Assembly: GCA_964187785.1 (NCBI GenBank)
Contig: OZ076409.1
Location: 4,900,001-4,964,000, forward strand
Origin: Amphiscolops sp. MND2022
Lineage: Eukaryota
Length of the DNA: 64,000 nt
Direction of reading: 5' to 3'
Below are positions 14,380 to 27,200 of this stretch, piece by piece. Below the pieces are notes generated by a model that did no database searches, was not told the origin of the DNA, and saw nothing but the letters and a program-made list of their open reading frames with translations. Each line of letters opens with the position of its first letter. Positions within the stretch are counted from its first letter, which is position 1. The position numbers were made by a program, and so were the translations under genes.

Positions 14380-17300
14380 GTATGTTATCCTTACTAAAAA
14401 TATGTAATGAGAGCAAACAAGATAAGAACAGAATTTGTTCAGCATGAAATAGTTCAAACAGCTTGAATATTCATAGTATCCAGCCCAGTAATGATTTTAT
14501 GTCTGTAAAGAAAATTGATCATTTCAGCAGCTCTGGAGCAAAAGGATTTTTGATTAGATCGTGAGTGGTAGTTACAATTGAGTGAACTCATTGCGTGAGT
14601 TCTTGATTCGATCATAAACACGAAAGTCAATATGGGTAGCATAGTCATACAAATACGGCCCAGTAAACACTTTAGATGCCATTTTGACTGTAAGAGGTTC
14701 AATTTGATAACACGCAGGCAGTATATTATAGCTTTTCAACTGCTGTTCACACTGTAATTTAGAATCAAAGGCCCAACGGAGGCAGGATTTTTGAAATTTG
14801 TCCATTTCGTTCATCATCGTTGCATCATGATGCCAAGCAGGAATTCCATAGAATAGATTGGATAACACCGAAGAAGAGTATAAATTCAGCTTCGTTTTAG
14901 AGGGATTAACAAAAAGAATCCAATATCTAAGAGATAAAAAGGCTTTTCGAGCTTCATTGAGCTGAATTCCTACACGATTAGACCAATTTAAACCGCTGGC
15001 TATAAAAATTCCGAGGACTTTGTGATGTCTTACCTTTTCCAACTTTTACAACGACTCAGATGCGTCGGCGGGAGAACAACTGTTTTGCCAGCAAATAGTA
15101 AAGATTATTTTTGCTGGAATCAGCTGTCATACCATTTGAGACATTCCAGTTTGATAGCCTTTCGAAATCATTATGGAAACTAAGGCATTGAAAATTAAGA
15201 GGGTTGAAAAGAAGCTTCAAAACATCAGCAAATCGCCATGGTGAGCAGTCTAACAAAAAAGAATATGAGCAAATAGTTTATGAACAAAATGAGGAAAATA
15301 GGGCCTTCAGGAGCTCCACTCACGAAGTTAACTGAATCAAAGACATGGTTATCAATTTTACCATTCTGAATCCGATCTTTCAGGCAGCTTGAAAGTAGAT
15401 CAATGAATATTTCATCCCCGCCAAACTTACGGATCTTACTGAAAAGAAGTGTGTGAGGAACTTTATCAAATGTTTTTTCATTATCGAGATACACAGTATA
15501 GGTTACCAAGGTCTCCGTTCTATGTGCACATTCTAGGTAGTCTATTAACTATAAAACAGACAGTTATCTTGACTGAGAGCCCAATGTCTTGGGTGTATCT
15601 CCATCCAAACGTAACTATAAATGTGCAATGTGCCTGTAGACCAGTTTTTCAAACAATATCGAGCATTTTTTGGGAGACTGGAAGGACTGTGATTAACAAT
15701 GCATGAGGTTTTCAGCCCCATTCTCGTGTCATAGCACTTTTCCAAGTATTAGAGTAAATTCTCGTAAGAATTGTCGAGCAAAAAAACAGGATAAAGGAGG
15801 GTTGCAAAACATCAGGACAGAGTTTCAATAACTTAGGGGGGAGAAACTCTTAGGTAATTGTCGTTTTTTTTTTTCATATCGAGTCGTATCTCACGAAATA
15901 TTGAGGGATTAATGAATAGAAAAAAATCATCAAGTTTGACTAAACCAATTGATTCAAAAATTATTGCTGGAATTTCTGCATGATTGAAATTGCTAGAGAA
16001 GTAAATTTTAAAGGCGTTTGCTATTTGAGGTACGGTCTTCAAGCAGTCGTGATTGTAACTCATCACCATAAGGTATGCATTTTTCTTGAGGCTGTTCAAG
16101 AGATGAAACAGTCGGGCAAAGTATTCGTGGAAGCTCCAGCAACGAAAAACATTCGATCCAATTCCGCTAAATTACTAAACTCCACTTGTCGTTTTTCGAC
16201 AGATTCAATGTTAGTTTTACTAGGAAGGATTTTTAACAGCTTTTCTTTTCACTGTTTTCAGCTTGTTGAGCGTATGCATCGTATTGGAAGTGTGGTAAAA
16301 CGGGTTGGCTAAGCGTTTTTTTCTCTTTTTCCTGAATGAAGTTTCAATACTATAGCAAACGTAATTGTAGAAATCAACCACAATTACTCTGCTTAGATAA
16401 AACTCGTATGGAAAGTGAATCCACGTTTTTGCGAATTATTTCAACAACTGACGACTCGTGAAGGAGACTACATACGTGAAGAGTTGGGTAGGACAGTATT
16501 CTCGAAGTTCAAAATTTTTGGATAGTGTTCACTAATATCATTTGTACAAATGATCGCGAAGGATAGAGGTATAGTGTGTAGGTCACATAGGATAATATCA
16601 AGGTTGTTAGCCCCACAATGTGTGCTTTCAGTCAGGATTAGCGGAGACAATCCGTACTCTGAAAAAAATTAGGAAACTGTTGTTCTCGGTTTCTGTAGCT
16701 CTGCATTAGATTCCAATCAGTTAACGGAACGTTGAAATCTCCTAAGACAGAAACAGAGTAAGAGTAATCAGCGGAAAGAAATTTGTTCGAAAAGAACGAA
16801 AGATTGAGTCGATTAATCGTTCCATGTCATCAAAAGAAACTTTGTAAGGAGTAGGGTACGGTAGATAACCCAAAATGATCAAAATAGCTGAATCACCAGA
16901 AAGCTAAATAACAGCAGCAGCTGCGAAATCAAAATCATCTGATTTAGTTTCTTCTGGGTGTATATCACACGTTAACATGCTGAGAATTGCAACTCCTTCA
17001 CGAAAACCATTTTGTCCATCACTTCTTGCAATAGTTTTGAACATGCCAAAAAGAGAACAGCTCATGTTATCAGTCCCCCATATTTCGGTTTTTAGTGAAA
17101 CAACCAAGTTAGACATAAAAATTACAAAATCCAACAAGTTGCCTTGCTTTGAGATGGTATCAAGACCACCATGTGTTGAATGAAAAATGTTTAGGACTGA
17201 TTAATTAAGATGTTTGGTTTTCCTCAGTAGTAATAGATATTGTTCGAATTGGCAGCGATGGTCTCAAAGGCATCTCTATCTTTGATTACAACTCCATAAC

Positions 17301-17500
17301 AAAGAACTATCAACTTTTTATTTCTGAATAGTTTCCTATCAAAACCCTGTTGGAAAAGATCATAGCGTAACTTCAGTAAAGACGATTCTTTCTGCCACTT
17401 GAGTTCGGGTTTCACAAAATATGACTGTTTTATATTAAATATGCATTAGCCATGAGGAGTCTCTTGTCATGTTCACAATCAAATATTATATAAGGGTTGG
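14380..17500 (-). mobile_element. Degraded CR1/L2/Jockey-group LINE (ORF1 remnant, APE endonuclease, RT)
   Basis: YLDNEKTFDKVPH, SGAPEGP..FIN, KVLGIFIASGLNWS; APE-like TEIW, GVAIL, STHCGANNLDIIL, ISEHYP. Confidence 0.85.
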
Positions 17501-17584
17501 GTTTTTGACTGCTTCCTTCTGTTTGTTGAGCTGGGTTGAGAAGGAAACACTAAATGGGAGTTGATTTCATGTTCAAGATAAACT

Positions 17585-18498
17585 GTGATCAGGGGCTTGA
17601 AACTTATCGTACCTTGGCGATGGAAATTTAAGTGATGATAACAGAACCGTTTTGAAAGATCTCAAACAAATTGTTGAAGCTAAAAAACGCTGGGACTCAA
17701 AATTGAACCCACAAAATGCGATTTTTTCCTTGGTGACATCATTGAAAAACGACGATCGACAATTTTAACATCTTTCCATAAACTTTGCCCCGGGATCAAA
17801 ACACCAAAGAAAAATGAACTTATCCTCCTTGGTTCACCGCTCGGTCCGAAATCACACGTAGACTTTAGTAAAAGAAAGTTTTTGAACTGGAAAAAGTTAA
17901 TAGAATTGTTGAAAAACTAGATGCGCACTATGGTTTGTTTTGGTCGAAAAATTTTCTTCAGTGTGTCAAAGCTGTTGTACTTCCTGAGAACCAGTACTTG
18001 TTTTAATCTTCCAGCTCTCTTGGTAAAATATGACAAAACCGTACGCGACGGGCTTTCCAAAGTGTGTAACGTGAATGCGACGTTATTTCGAGTACTCAGC
18101 TGGCTCTGCCTGCTGAGATGGGTGGTCTTTGGGTTTCTTCCGAATCACTTTAGCACGTTCTGCCTTTCTGGCCTCAGCTTTTGGTGCGACTGACTTTCTC
18201 ACTACGTTTTCCTCGGAAACCTTCGAAGATGTTTCGTTTACAAAAGCGCTGGGGAATTGGTTGAGTTTGACGAATGGACAGGAAAGTCCTCTCGATTTCT
18301 TGAATGCATGACAAACGTTCGAAAGTTTTTACGCTCATCACGGCAAGTTCGGTTCTCACTGGCTGAACGTTGTTCCCTGCACGAACCTGAAACTTGATGC
18401 TTCGGATCAGCAGATTCGGATTTCAATTGGTTGCTTCTCGGAGCCAACATCTGTGCTGCGCATAAGTGCCACTGTGGTAAAAGAAGTGAACGGGACGG
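17585..18498 (+). mobile_element. CRE-type element, 5' part (continues at 23856-24261 and 38854-39000)
   Basis: WYLGDG-like RT motif ~17608; sequence resumes exactly across both insertions when compared with the copy at 9480-10190. Confidence 0.85.
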
Positions 18499-21400
18499 TG
18501 TGATAACCTGGCAAAGCAAACGTAAAATGGAATTTTAATTTCACGTATGAATCAATATCAGCTCAACCTGAAAAGATACAGTTTACAACCATCAGTTTTA
18601 ATGTTAGTTGAATCAGTCAATAATACATGTAGTCACCACACTCTCCCTGCCTTTGGTTTCTGAGTCTGCCACTTCTCCGTAGCGGCGGAGATGACGCTTC
18701 TTCTAGAGACTGTCTGGCTGGGGATACGTTCAAACCAACATGCGGATGACTTTCTACGGTCTTGACCGGGCTCGAGGCTCTTTTACACCAAAGTATTGAA
18801 GGGCTCAGGTTCTGGTCCCTTCGATATGAATGTTGTGTGGTGATCGTGTAGATTCGGTTTTTATCAAGGTACGAAACCACTGCGTGTTGTGGCGATAATA
18901 GGCGCAAGATTCGTGCAAGCTGTACTAATGAATCGTCTTCAGACTTCTTTGTAAAATTCTTGACGAATACTGCTGAACCCTGGGACTTCCATTCGGGTGT
19001 AAAACTGGAACATGTTGGCGTTACGTCGCTTTTGTCAAAATCTATATAGTTCTGGTCCAGTGATGAGCATCTTCTGAATCCGAAAAGGTTTTTGTGAGGA
19101 CTTTCGAAGCCGATTGCTTTCGACGACAAACATCGAATATTGCACAAAGCTTGCGGAATCTTTTCGTCCCAGAGCTCAACTGGTTTGTGAAGTTGCTTCA
19201 GTCGAAGTTTCACTGTATTCCAGATTATTCCGTTCAGCCTCTCGTTTTGGGCGTTACAAGCTGGATTGTACGGAATGGTTCGCGTTTTGCATACATTCCA
19301 ACAATCCAGGAAGGCTTTGAGCTTTCAAACACACTTCCTCGATTGCTATGAATTGCCAGTGGAGGACTGAAGATCGAGAATAGTTGTGATAAATCCAAAA
19401 TGACACTTGTTGTGTTGGCTTCTTTGACGGCAAATGCGAACGGGAATCTGATGAATTCGTCTACAACTGTTAAAAAGTTGTGTTTCCCTTGGACCTACGA
19501 AGTCTGGCGACTGTCTCGCCCAAGGTCTTTGGATCTGATAAGTGGAGTGTAAGGTGGTTTGAAGAACCTGGGTTTCAGCTGTAGACAGACAGAGAGTTTC
19601 GAGATGTAGTCTTGGACCTTTTGCCTCATTCTGGTACATCGAAATTTCGTTGGATAATTTCAACAGTTCTGGCTATTCCGGGATGGCCCATTCTGTTGTG
19701 GACTTCCTTGAGTATTAAGCTTATGTCACCTGCGATATACTTCTTGTTCTTTTCTTCGTCTATGGCGTCGTAGCCGGTTTCGTCCAATTGTGAGCAAAAA
19801 GCACTGACTCGGCTTATCGCATCAGCCACTACGTTCAGTTTACCTTTGTTGCACTGTACGTCAAAATCGTATTCTGATAGTACTAATCTCCACCAATATA
19901 ACTTGCTGTTTTTAAAAGAGGACCATGACTTTGAGTCAAACATTGACGAAACTGCTTCTTGATCTGTCAGTATGGTGTAATGACTTCTTAGCCAGTACCG
20001 CCAACAATTCCGTACAGACCACACAATAGCAAATGCTTCTGTTTGAATCGCTGACCAATTAAACCCTAGATCCGATACTTTATGAGATACGAAGGCTGCT
20101 GGCTGACCATTTTGCGTTAGGGCTGCGCCAATTGCGTTGCCGGGGGCATCTGTTGTGAGCACAAAAGGCTTCGTTCTGTCTGGGATTGACGATGCCGCTT
20201 TCGATACCGCCCGTTTAATAGTATCTATGCTGTTTATGGTCTCAGTGTCCAGCGGAAGCTTTTGTCTCGTTTCGCCTTCAGCAGCGGAGCAGCTTTATTC
20301 GCACAATCATCTACCTACTTGGAGAAGTAAACACTCATACCGACGCATCGGTCGAGTTCTACCAGTGTTGTAGGAACTGGGATTTCCAGTAAGCGTTCCA
20401 TCCGCGATTCGTCTGGATGAATTTTTCCATCTGAAAACCGATGGCCAAGGAAGTTCAACTCCAGAACTTTGACTTTTGATTTTCCCTCATTGATCGTTAG
20501 ATTATACTTTTGGGCGCGCAATCGGAATTCTGCTAAAATTTTGTCGTGTTCCTATTCAGTTGCACCACCATCTACTACGTCGTTGATGTCCACGGTAAAA
20601 GTCCATCGTCAAAAGTGTTAATTGCTTTCTGAAGGTCTGGAACTGCGTTCGTTACCCTGAACGGTATATGGTATATTGCCACTATTCTCCAATTGCTTCA
20701 AACGAGGCTAGATGTTTCTCATCGTCTAATAAGCGGAGCTGGTGGTAGGCCGACTTCAGGTCAATGTAGACCACTTCCAGGAGCTCACTTTCAATAACAA
20801 TTGTTCAGTGACCGGGATAGGGTAAGCGTCTGGAAGAGTGGGCCGATTCACTGTTGTAGAATATTCAATTATCATTCGTTTTTTGTGGTTAGCTGTTTTA
20901 GACACTACTATCCGGCAATCCTTGACTCATCCGCCCTTTCACAAATTAAATCGAAAACTATGAAGTACCAAGGCTTAGCACCTCCTTCAGCTATTGCTAG
21001 CAATGCCAATTTACCCGTAGAGGGGTCCGGAGGACAGAATTACATAAATCTGGAGCCTTTCCTATCGTAACATTGCAGGAGAACGCCAGCCCGATTCGAT
21101 GCCTTTCTCCATTCCGAAGTGAGGAAAATCAAGAATTTATACGACAAGACATCAAAAAGCTTGCTGAAGCTGGTGTCATAGAGAAGTCCCAATCCCTTTG
21201 GCGGGCTCAGGTCGGAAAGCTTCGTTGCTACAAAAATAGTTTCTTTCCTCTCGTGTTCTTCAATAGAAAGATGTGCTGTCGCAGAGCCAATGATATTGAC
21301 CGGTTTGTCTCCGATCGAGCGAGTGTAATGGGTTTTGGTGTTGATGCGCAATTTCAGTTGTTTGACAACAGATTGTTCTACTACCGTGATGTCACTGAGG

Positions 21401-22429
21401 AGTCAACTAGGAAATGTCGTGACACGCCATCGACTTCAGCAAGAATGAAGCGTCCTTCCATTGTCGCGACTCGTTTCCGCGTTAGACACAGGTCTTGAAA
21501 ATGACCCTTGCGATTACATTTGCGACAGATTTTATCTCTGGCAGGACATCCACAGGACATCTTTTGCAGTGGAACGTGTGGGCCCCGCACCAGTGGCATC
21601 GACAAGAAAATTCGGAACTCTGGACATGAAGCGGTTTCGTCGGAACCTTTGTATTTTTTTATTCGCAGAAGCATCCGCCGCAACTTCGTGAGTTGACGAA
21701 CTTGTTTGTCGGGCGGCTTCTTCCACTTCCGCTGTCGTAACCGCATCGTTTAAGAAAACTTGCTTAGATTTCTGTGTTGCCGAAGCGAACGCCCGGGAAA
21801 CAGGTTGTTTAGTCGTTTCTGAGAAGAGACCCTGGCAAAAGGCGTCCGTAATGGCTTCGTCAGCGAATGTAGCCGAGAAATTGCAAAACTTTGAAACCTG
21901 GCATAACTCACTAAGAAAATCGTTCAACGATTGGTTCGGTTTCTGCTTGAGTGAATACAGTTTTATTCGATCCGACAGAACATTTTTACCCGCAGCAATT
22001 TTCTGTATACGAAATCGACGGCTCTCTTGTATTCGGTTTGTCCTGCGTCTTTCTCCTCTTGCGTAAAAGGTGGCCAAGTGACTTCGTTGTAAAATTTCAC
22101 AGCTTTAGGCCCAACACAGAGAAGGAACGGATCCAATTGATCGGCAGTGTTAGGCTTGGTAACTCGAAAGTATCGTTCGGATTGACTTAGCCAAAGGTTG
22201 TAGGCGTCGATATCTTCTCCAGTAAAAAAGGGACAAAGCAAGGAAATTTTGGTGGCCATTGCAATAGTTCAGCACACTGTCCTGTTTAACTAAGCAACTC
22301 TGGGGAATTCCGTCCCTTCTCGAATCACTAGCAGTGAGATGCTAAACCTGATTGTTGGGTTAATCTGCGAGCTTTCTTTGACATGGATTGGCCCCGTTTG
22401 CCTCTCCTGCTAACTAGTTTATACAAGTC

Positions 22430-22995
22430 AGCTTAGTTGGCTCTCATGGTTAGAAAAAGAGCTCATTCAAACGCTACAAACGCTACAAAAGGATGTAGCT
22501 GTCTTATTTCTTGAGAGAATGCCAACCGACGTCACTTGGAAAGCAAGTGACTTTTAACGTTGATTACTAAAATGCCTGTTTGGCGAAACTGCAACTCAAT
22601 ACAGGTCGTCCCAATTCTCTGGCAATAGATCAGTGCAGCAATACGTTCCTGGTGTTTTCCAAAAGTTCGATCTATTGAAAAGTTGTCAATGGGCTGTTCC
22701 CGTTGGAGGGATGAGAGTTCACGCTGTTATTGAGGACGTCGTGTCAAGTCACAATGTTTGATTTCTGCTTGAGTGTTCCCGAATTCAGGAGAAAGCTCAA
22801 GTTTTTAAATTTCGTTCGCGAATTAGGGTTGAGCGATAATCCTCTGATAGCTGTGACGTAAGTTGCAACATGCCGTTGGTAGCAAGGTTGACGCTTCTGG
22901 GTTTTTACCAGATTGTCGAGTGACGAAGCTCGGATAAAGCAGACTATCGAATGGGGATGGTAAAATAATTGAGCTGATAAATTGGTTAGACGCAA
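22430..22995 (-). pseudogene. Degraded SGNH-hydrolase-like ORF upstream of gag
   Basis: manual translation across stops and one frameshift: VCFIRASSL...AIRGLS...NIVT*HDVLNNS...IAALIYCQR...QLHP. Confidence 0.5.
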
Positions 22996-23703
22996 TTCGG
23001 CAAATTGTCATTTACGTTCGTCAAATTGGGTTTCGGCAAATTGTCTTTCGGCAAATTGTCCCTAACCCTAAAGGACAGTTTGCCGAAATCCAATTTGCCG
23101 AATCCGAGGGACAGTTTGCCGAATTCGGCAAACTGGGTTTCGGCAAGTTGTCCTTTAGGGTTGGGGACAACTTGCCGAAAGACAATTTGCCGGAACCCAG
23201 TTTGCCGAACGCGAAGGACAATTTGCCGAAATTTTTTCCGCAAATTTTCCCTTTGAATTTGCCGAATTTTGTAAGCACAATTTGCCGAATACGTAGCGTT
23301 TTCAAAAAACAATGTTCTTGACTGTCGGATGTGCCCCCATTTCCTTTAGTGCCCCGCGGCCCCTAGAACCCGCTTTTGTTCTCATCTTGCTGAGCGAGGT
23401 CGAATGGGAGTAAAGACCTTGCGGGAACGGAGATCGCAAAGCGATCGTAGTGGGAGCTGGTCTTTGCGACGGTGAGGGCGAGTGTGCATACACCGTATAT
23501 GACCCCATATTAAGTAAGGAGAAGTACCTAATCTATTTTAAACGCTTCGCAGGAGCAAAAACCTGATACGGAAACTTTGCCGAAAGACAATTTGCCGGAA
23601 CCCAATTTGCCCAACGTGAAGGATAATTTGCCGAAAATTATTCGGAAAAATGTCCATGAGTCACTTTTTGACAAATTGCTTTCGGCAAAATGTCCCGTAT
23701 CCG
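22994..23703. mobile_element. Foldback-like element with TTTGCCGAA/TTCGGCAAA arrays and shared GC-rich core (23325-23500)
   Basis: many direct and inverted copies of the motif; terminus TGTCCCGTATCCG; left end unclear. Confidence 0.7.
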
Positions 23704-23855
23704 TCCATTATTCCAAAATTATGGTAACCTTGCAAAGCAAACGTAAAATTAAACTTTAATTCCACGTAGAAATTTTTATCAGCCCAATCTGAAAAATTTA
23801 CAACCATCAGTTTTAATGTTAATTGAATCAGTCAATAATACACGTGGTCACCACA

Positions 23856-24261
23856 GACGTTTTGCACGATCTTTTTTGCACCAAGAGTGCTGGTCACTTC
23901 TCACGTCATGCTTCTCTCTCAGTTCTCTCATAAAGCAAACGTTGGGATCTCTCGACTTGCCTTCAGTGCTCGAACCGCGTGGACTGTACCGAACTGATAG
24001 CAAACACCCAGACGGTGTTACAATAATTCCTTGGGAAACGGGTAAACAGCTGGTGTGGGATGTCATGGTTGTGGATGCTCTTGCAGCCACCTGTCTGAAT
24101 TAAGGCTCTTTATGCAATCTGGGAACCACCACCACCGAAGCTGAAGCGCGTAAATTTGAGAAGTATCGCGAATTAATAGAGAGTGGATACATTTTTCAAC
24201 CTGTAGCCTTGGAAGTACAGGGTTCTTTAGGCGGGAGCAGTGAAATTTTCATTAGATTCTC
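23856..24261 (+). mobile_element. CRE-type element, middle part (endonuclease)
   Basis: PSVLEPRGLYRTDSKHPDGVTIIPWETGKQLVWDVMVVDALA. Confidence 0.88.
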
Positions 24262-27200
24262 CGTAACGAGACCCTCGGGTACAGCAAAATCTACCAATTT
24301 TGGAACTTTGACATGTTCAGAAATTTTGTCAAAAGTTCTAATTCGATCTCTGACGTGGCACTGAGCATGTGATTGCTCTTTTCGCTGTTACTACGAAATT
24401 GGCAGGTACTTCGACAACAAAGAGCAAGAACGAGCAAAAACATGGGTAGGGGGCCATGACAGAGGACGGAGAGCATGAAAACTTCTCAAAACAGACTCTT
24501 TTTGAGGTGCTAACCCCGGTTTTCGTTGATTTCAGCATAATGCTACCCTTTGCGGCAGAAACCTGTAAAAGGAGTCTTTTTGCCTAATTATCTTTGTTTG
24601 GTTCTTGGAGCCCCTGCGCCCCAGCTTGTAGCTGTGTGGTTTGCCTGTCCGATGTGTGCTTTGATGTATTTTTTCTGGATTTAGCCATTTGAACTAGCTC
24701 GAGCGCTAGTTGGTGCAATTTTAGATCTGATTCCCCATTTTAGATATTATTCCGATATCAGATGGAAGATGGAAATTTACACTGCTTGTCCTTGGCATTG
24801 ATTTTAAAGGCTGTCTAAACGGTGGTCTGAGGCGAAGGTCCGAGACGATGCCCGTTATTCTCAGCAGTTACAGACTGGGACCAGGCCAGAGAGCATCCTA
24901 TAAGACGGTTCCCCACCCTAGGATTGGCTCCCTTGGAGGCAAAATGAGCTAAGGCCATGGAGATCTCAGTCCCGGATCATTTTCACGATTCTAGTTCTTC
25001 CACTTCTTGGTTCGGTCAAACGCCGAGCGCTTACCGTTACATGGAACATCATTTTTTGACGACTACAGAGGGATTGTCTTGAGCAGCTTACCCTAGCGGT
25101 TTTTAAAAGATCCGGCCCCCTTGTGATTGACGCCAAGAACAATTGAACTCTGACAGGAGGAGTTTACCAGAGTTTTGCCAACTTTTTCAAATGGTATGAT
25201 GTTATATTTTGGTATTTTTCCATTCTTTCAGGGGATTTTTCCGAGTACCTGTTGTATGTTTTGTTCGAAGGTGTATGTTGACAGATATCGTCTAGAATTG
25301 CAAGGTTCCCATCAGCGGGTTCTCTTTTTCGAAGCGTAGTGCACAATAGCACGTAGCTATTGGTGTTTAACAGGTTTTTCCTGCTGTTTTCAGTGATTTG
25401 CGCTTATGTACGAGAGGTGAAATTGATGGATGAACCACATTCATTCCGACAGATAGATGAGCCGAAACGAGTGTTCCCGACTCTCCTCTCTCATTTCTCC
25501 TACAGAGCTTGTAGCCGGATGGGATTTGGCGGAAAAGTAGAACACGCACTGACGTTGCCGACAGTTAAAACCGTTTGTCTCTAGCTGGTTTGGATGTTGA
25601 GAAAAAAGACGGCAATGGTACCACTTCTCAATCCAGAAGTACCGACATTTTGGAGTGTGGTATGAAACAATTTTTCCATTGCGTATTTTTGATGAGGAAT
25701 TGTTTGGTCATGCTAGTTGTTCCTTATTGCAACTCAGTGTGTGCTTTTGCAGCCGTTTTCAGTGAGAAAAGTCCGATTTTGGGTGCGAAAGTAGCAAAAA
25801 CGTCAATTTTTGCATTTTTGAGTGTTTTTCTTGGTACGAGCTCGAGCGCTCTAGATTTTTACCACAGAAGTTGCAAAAAAAATAAGGAAAGCAGTTTGAA
25901 ACCCCTAGGGTTCTGTTACATAAAGTAACGATTACCAAGAAAGCCGATGGAGTCCTTTTTGAAACTCATTTTGTATGAAAAAACCCGATTTTTTGTGAAC
26001 TTGGCAAAAAACCACCAAAAAATGCTACTGGGAGAGTGCAAAATAGTGGTGTAATTGCCTCTTCCAAGCTGCTGTCAGTTTGGGGCACACTCCATAGTAT
26101 CAAAAAAAAGGATTTACAAGAGTTTGTAATGTTTTCTAAGTGATAACAGGTCGAAAAACCTTGATTTTTGGCCATTTTGAGCAATGCCAGAGTGCATAAT
26201 TAAAACCTCTAGGGTACTCAATGTTTTTGTGACCTGGGAGCCCCCGAGCTCTCTTTTTCTGTTTTTATAGTAAAAGTAACGTGTGATGGTGAAATTCGCA
26301 TGTGAAAATTCCCATGCAGTGCTGAGAAATGTGGAAAAACGCACTGAAATTGACCAAATTTCCACGAAACAGGACTGTCCAATTGTTAGTGTCGGGTCAT
26401 TGATTCACAAACCCTAGCAAAAAAGTGGTTGCATTTTCGCAACCATCACAAGAAAAAAGTTAGTGCCGAAAAATTGGTGAGCCTAGCGCTATCCAAAGTC
26501 GAGAAAAGACGTTTTGACCTCAGAAAGTGCTAAAATAGTCGAAAAAAGCCAAAAATGTAGGACCGACAGTGCCTTATACCTAACGGGCACGGCTATTTGA
26601 GGGCTTGTGACTGTGCTGTGACCGGTGGTGCAACACACTGACCCTCTTTTGCCTGCCGTAACATTTTTAGTGTCGACCCTCTCAGCCAATTTGTGAAAAA
26701 AGTGTCAAAAAAGACTGTTTTTGCTGAGATAGTGTCTGTACCCAGACGGAATACCTTGAAAGCTCGCGGGCTTCCATCGGATCATCGAACCAATTTTGTG
26801 AGTGTTCACTGGCAGCGCCTACTATGTTTTGTGCCGATAGGTGCAGTATTTGTTGAGAAATTGACGAAAACGTACTGCTCGAAAAGAGATCCAAAAAAGG
26901 AAAAATTTTTCGAAATATTCTGGAAGTGCCTGAACACCTTAGCCGAAAAGTGGGGACAAATTGTAGCCCACCATCGTAACTTGTGCTAAATGGTGCATTT
27001 TTAGCGAGAATACTGAACAGCTAACTGATACTGGTGCTTAGAAATTGTATAATAAGCGTGCATTTTAACTCCTACTGAGACATAGGTGTGCCGCACATCT
27101 GTACCAAGGCGAATTCGTGTACAAGTCTCGGAACCCAGATCGACGTTCAAAATCGTGTACCTACGTGGGTGGAGGATTCCCTGGTTATATTTGAGCCAGA

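Larger units (their letters stand above)
18499..23855 (-). mobile_element. Old Ty3/Gypsy LTR retrotransposon; LTRs 23720-23855 (5') and 18499-18640 (3'); degraded SGNH-like ORF, gag and pol
   Basis: diverged ~140-bp LTRs, PPT GGCAGGGAGAG, TSD GACGG/GACGT; Zn knuckle CRKCNRKGHFQDLC, protease FLVDS, RNase H LTTDAPGNAIGA, integrase HNRMGHPG. Confidence 0.93.

Noticed and set aside
22986..23312. ORFs with FGKLS/NLPK peptide repeats
   Set aside because: Translation artefacts of the TTCGGCAAA DNA array
23701..23719. Self-priming PBS in the minus-strand Gypsy
   Set aside because: Only ~6 nt complementarity to the LTR; region is diverged and adjacent to an insertion
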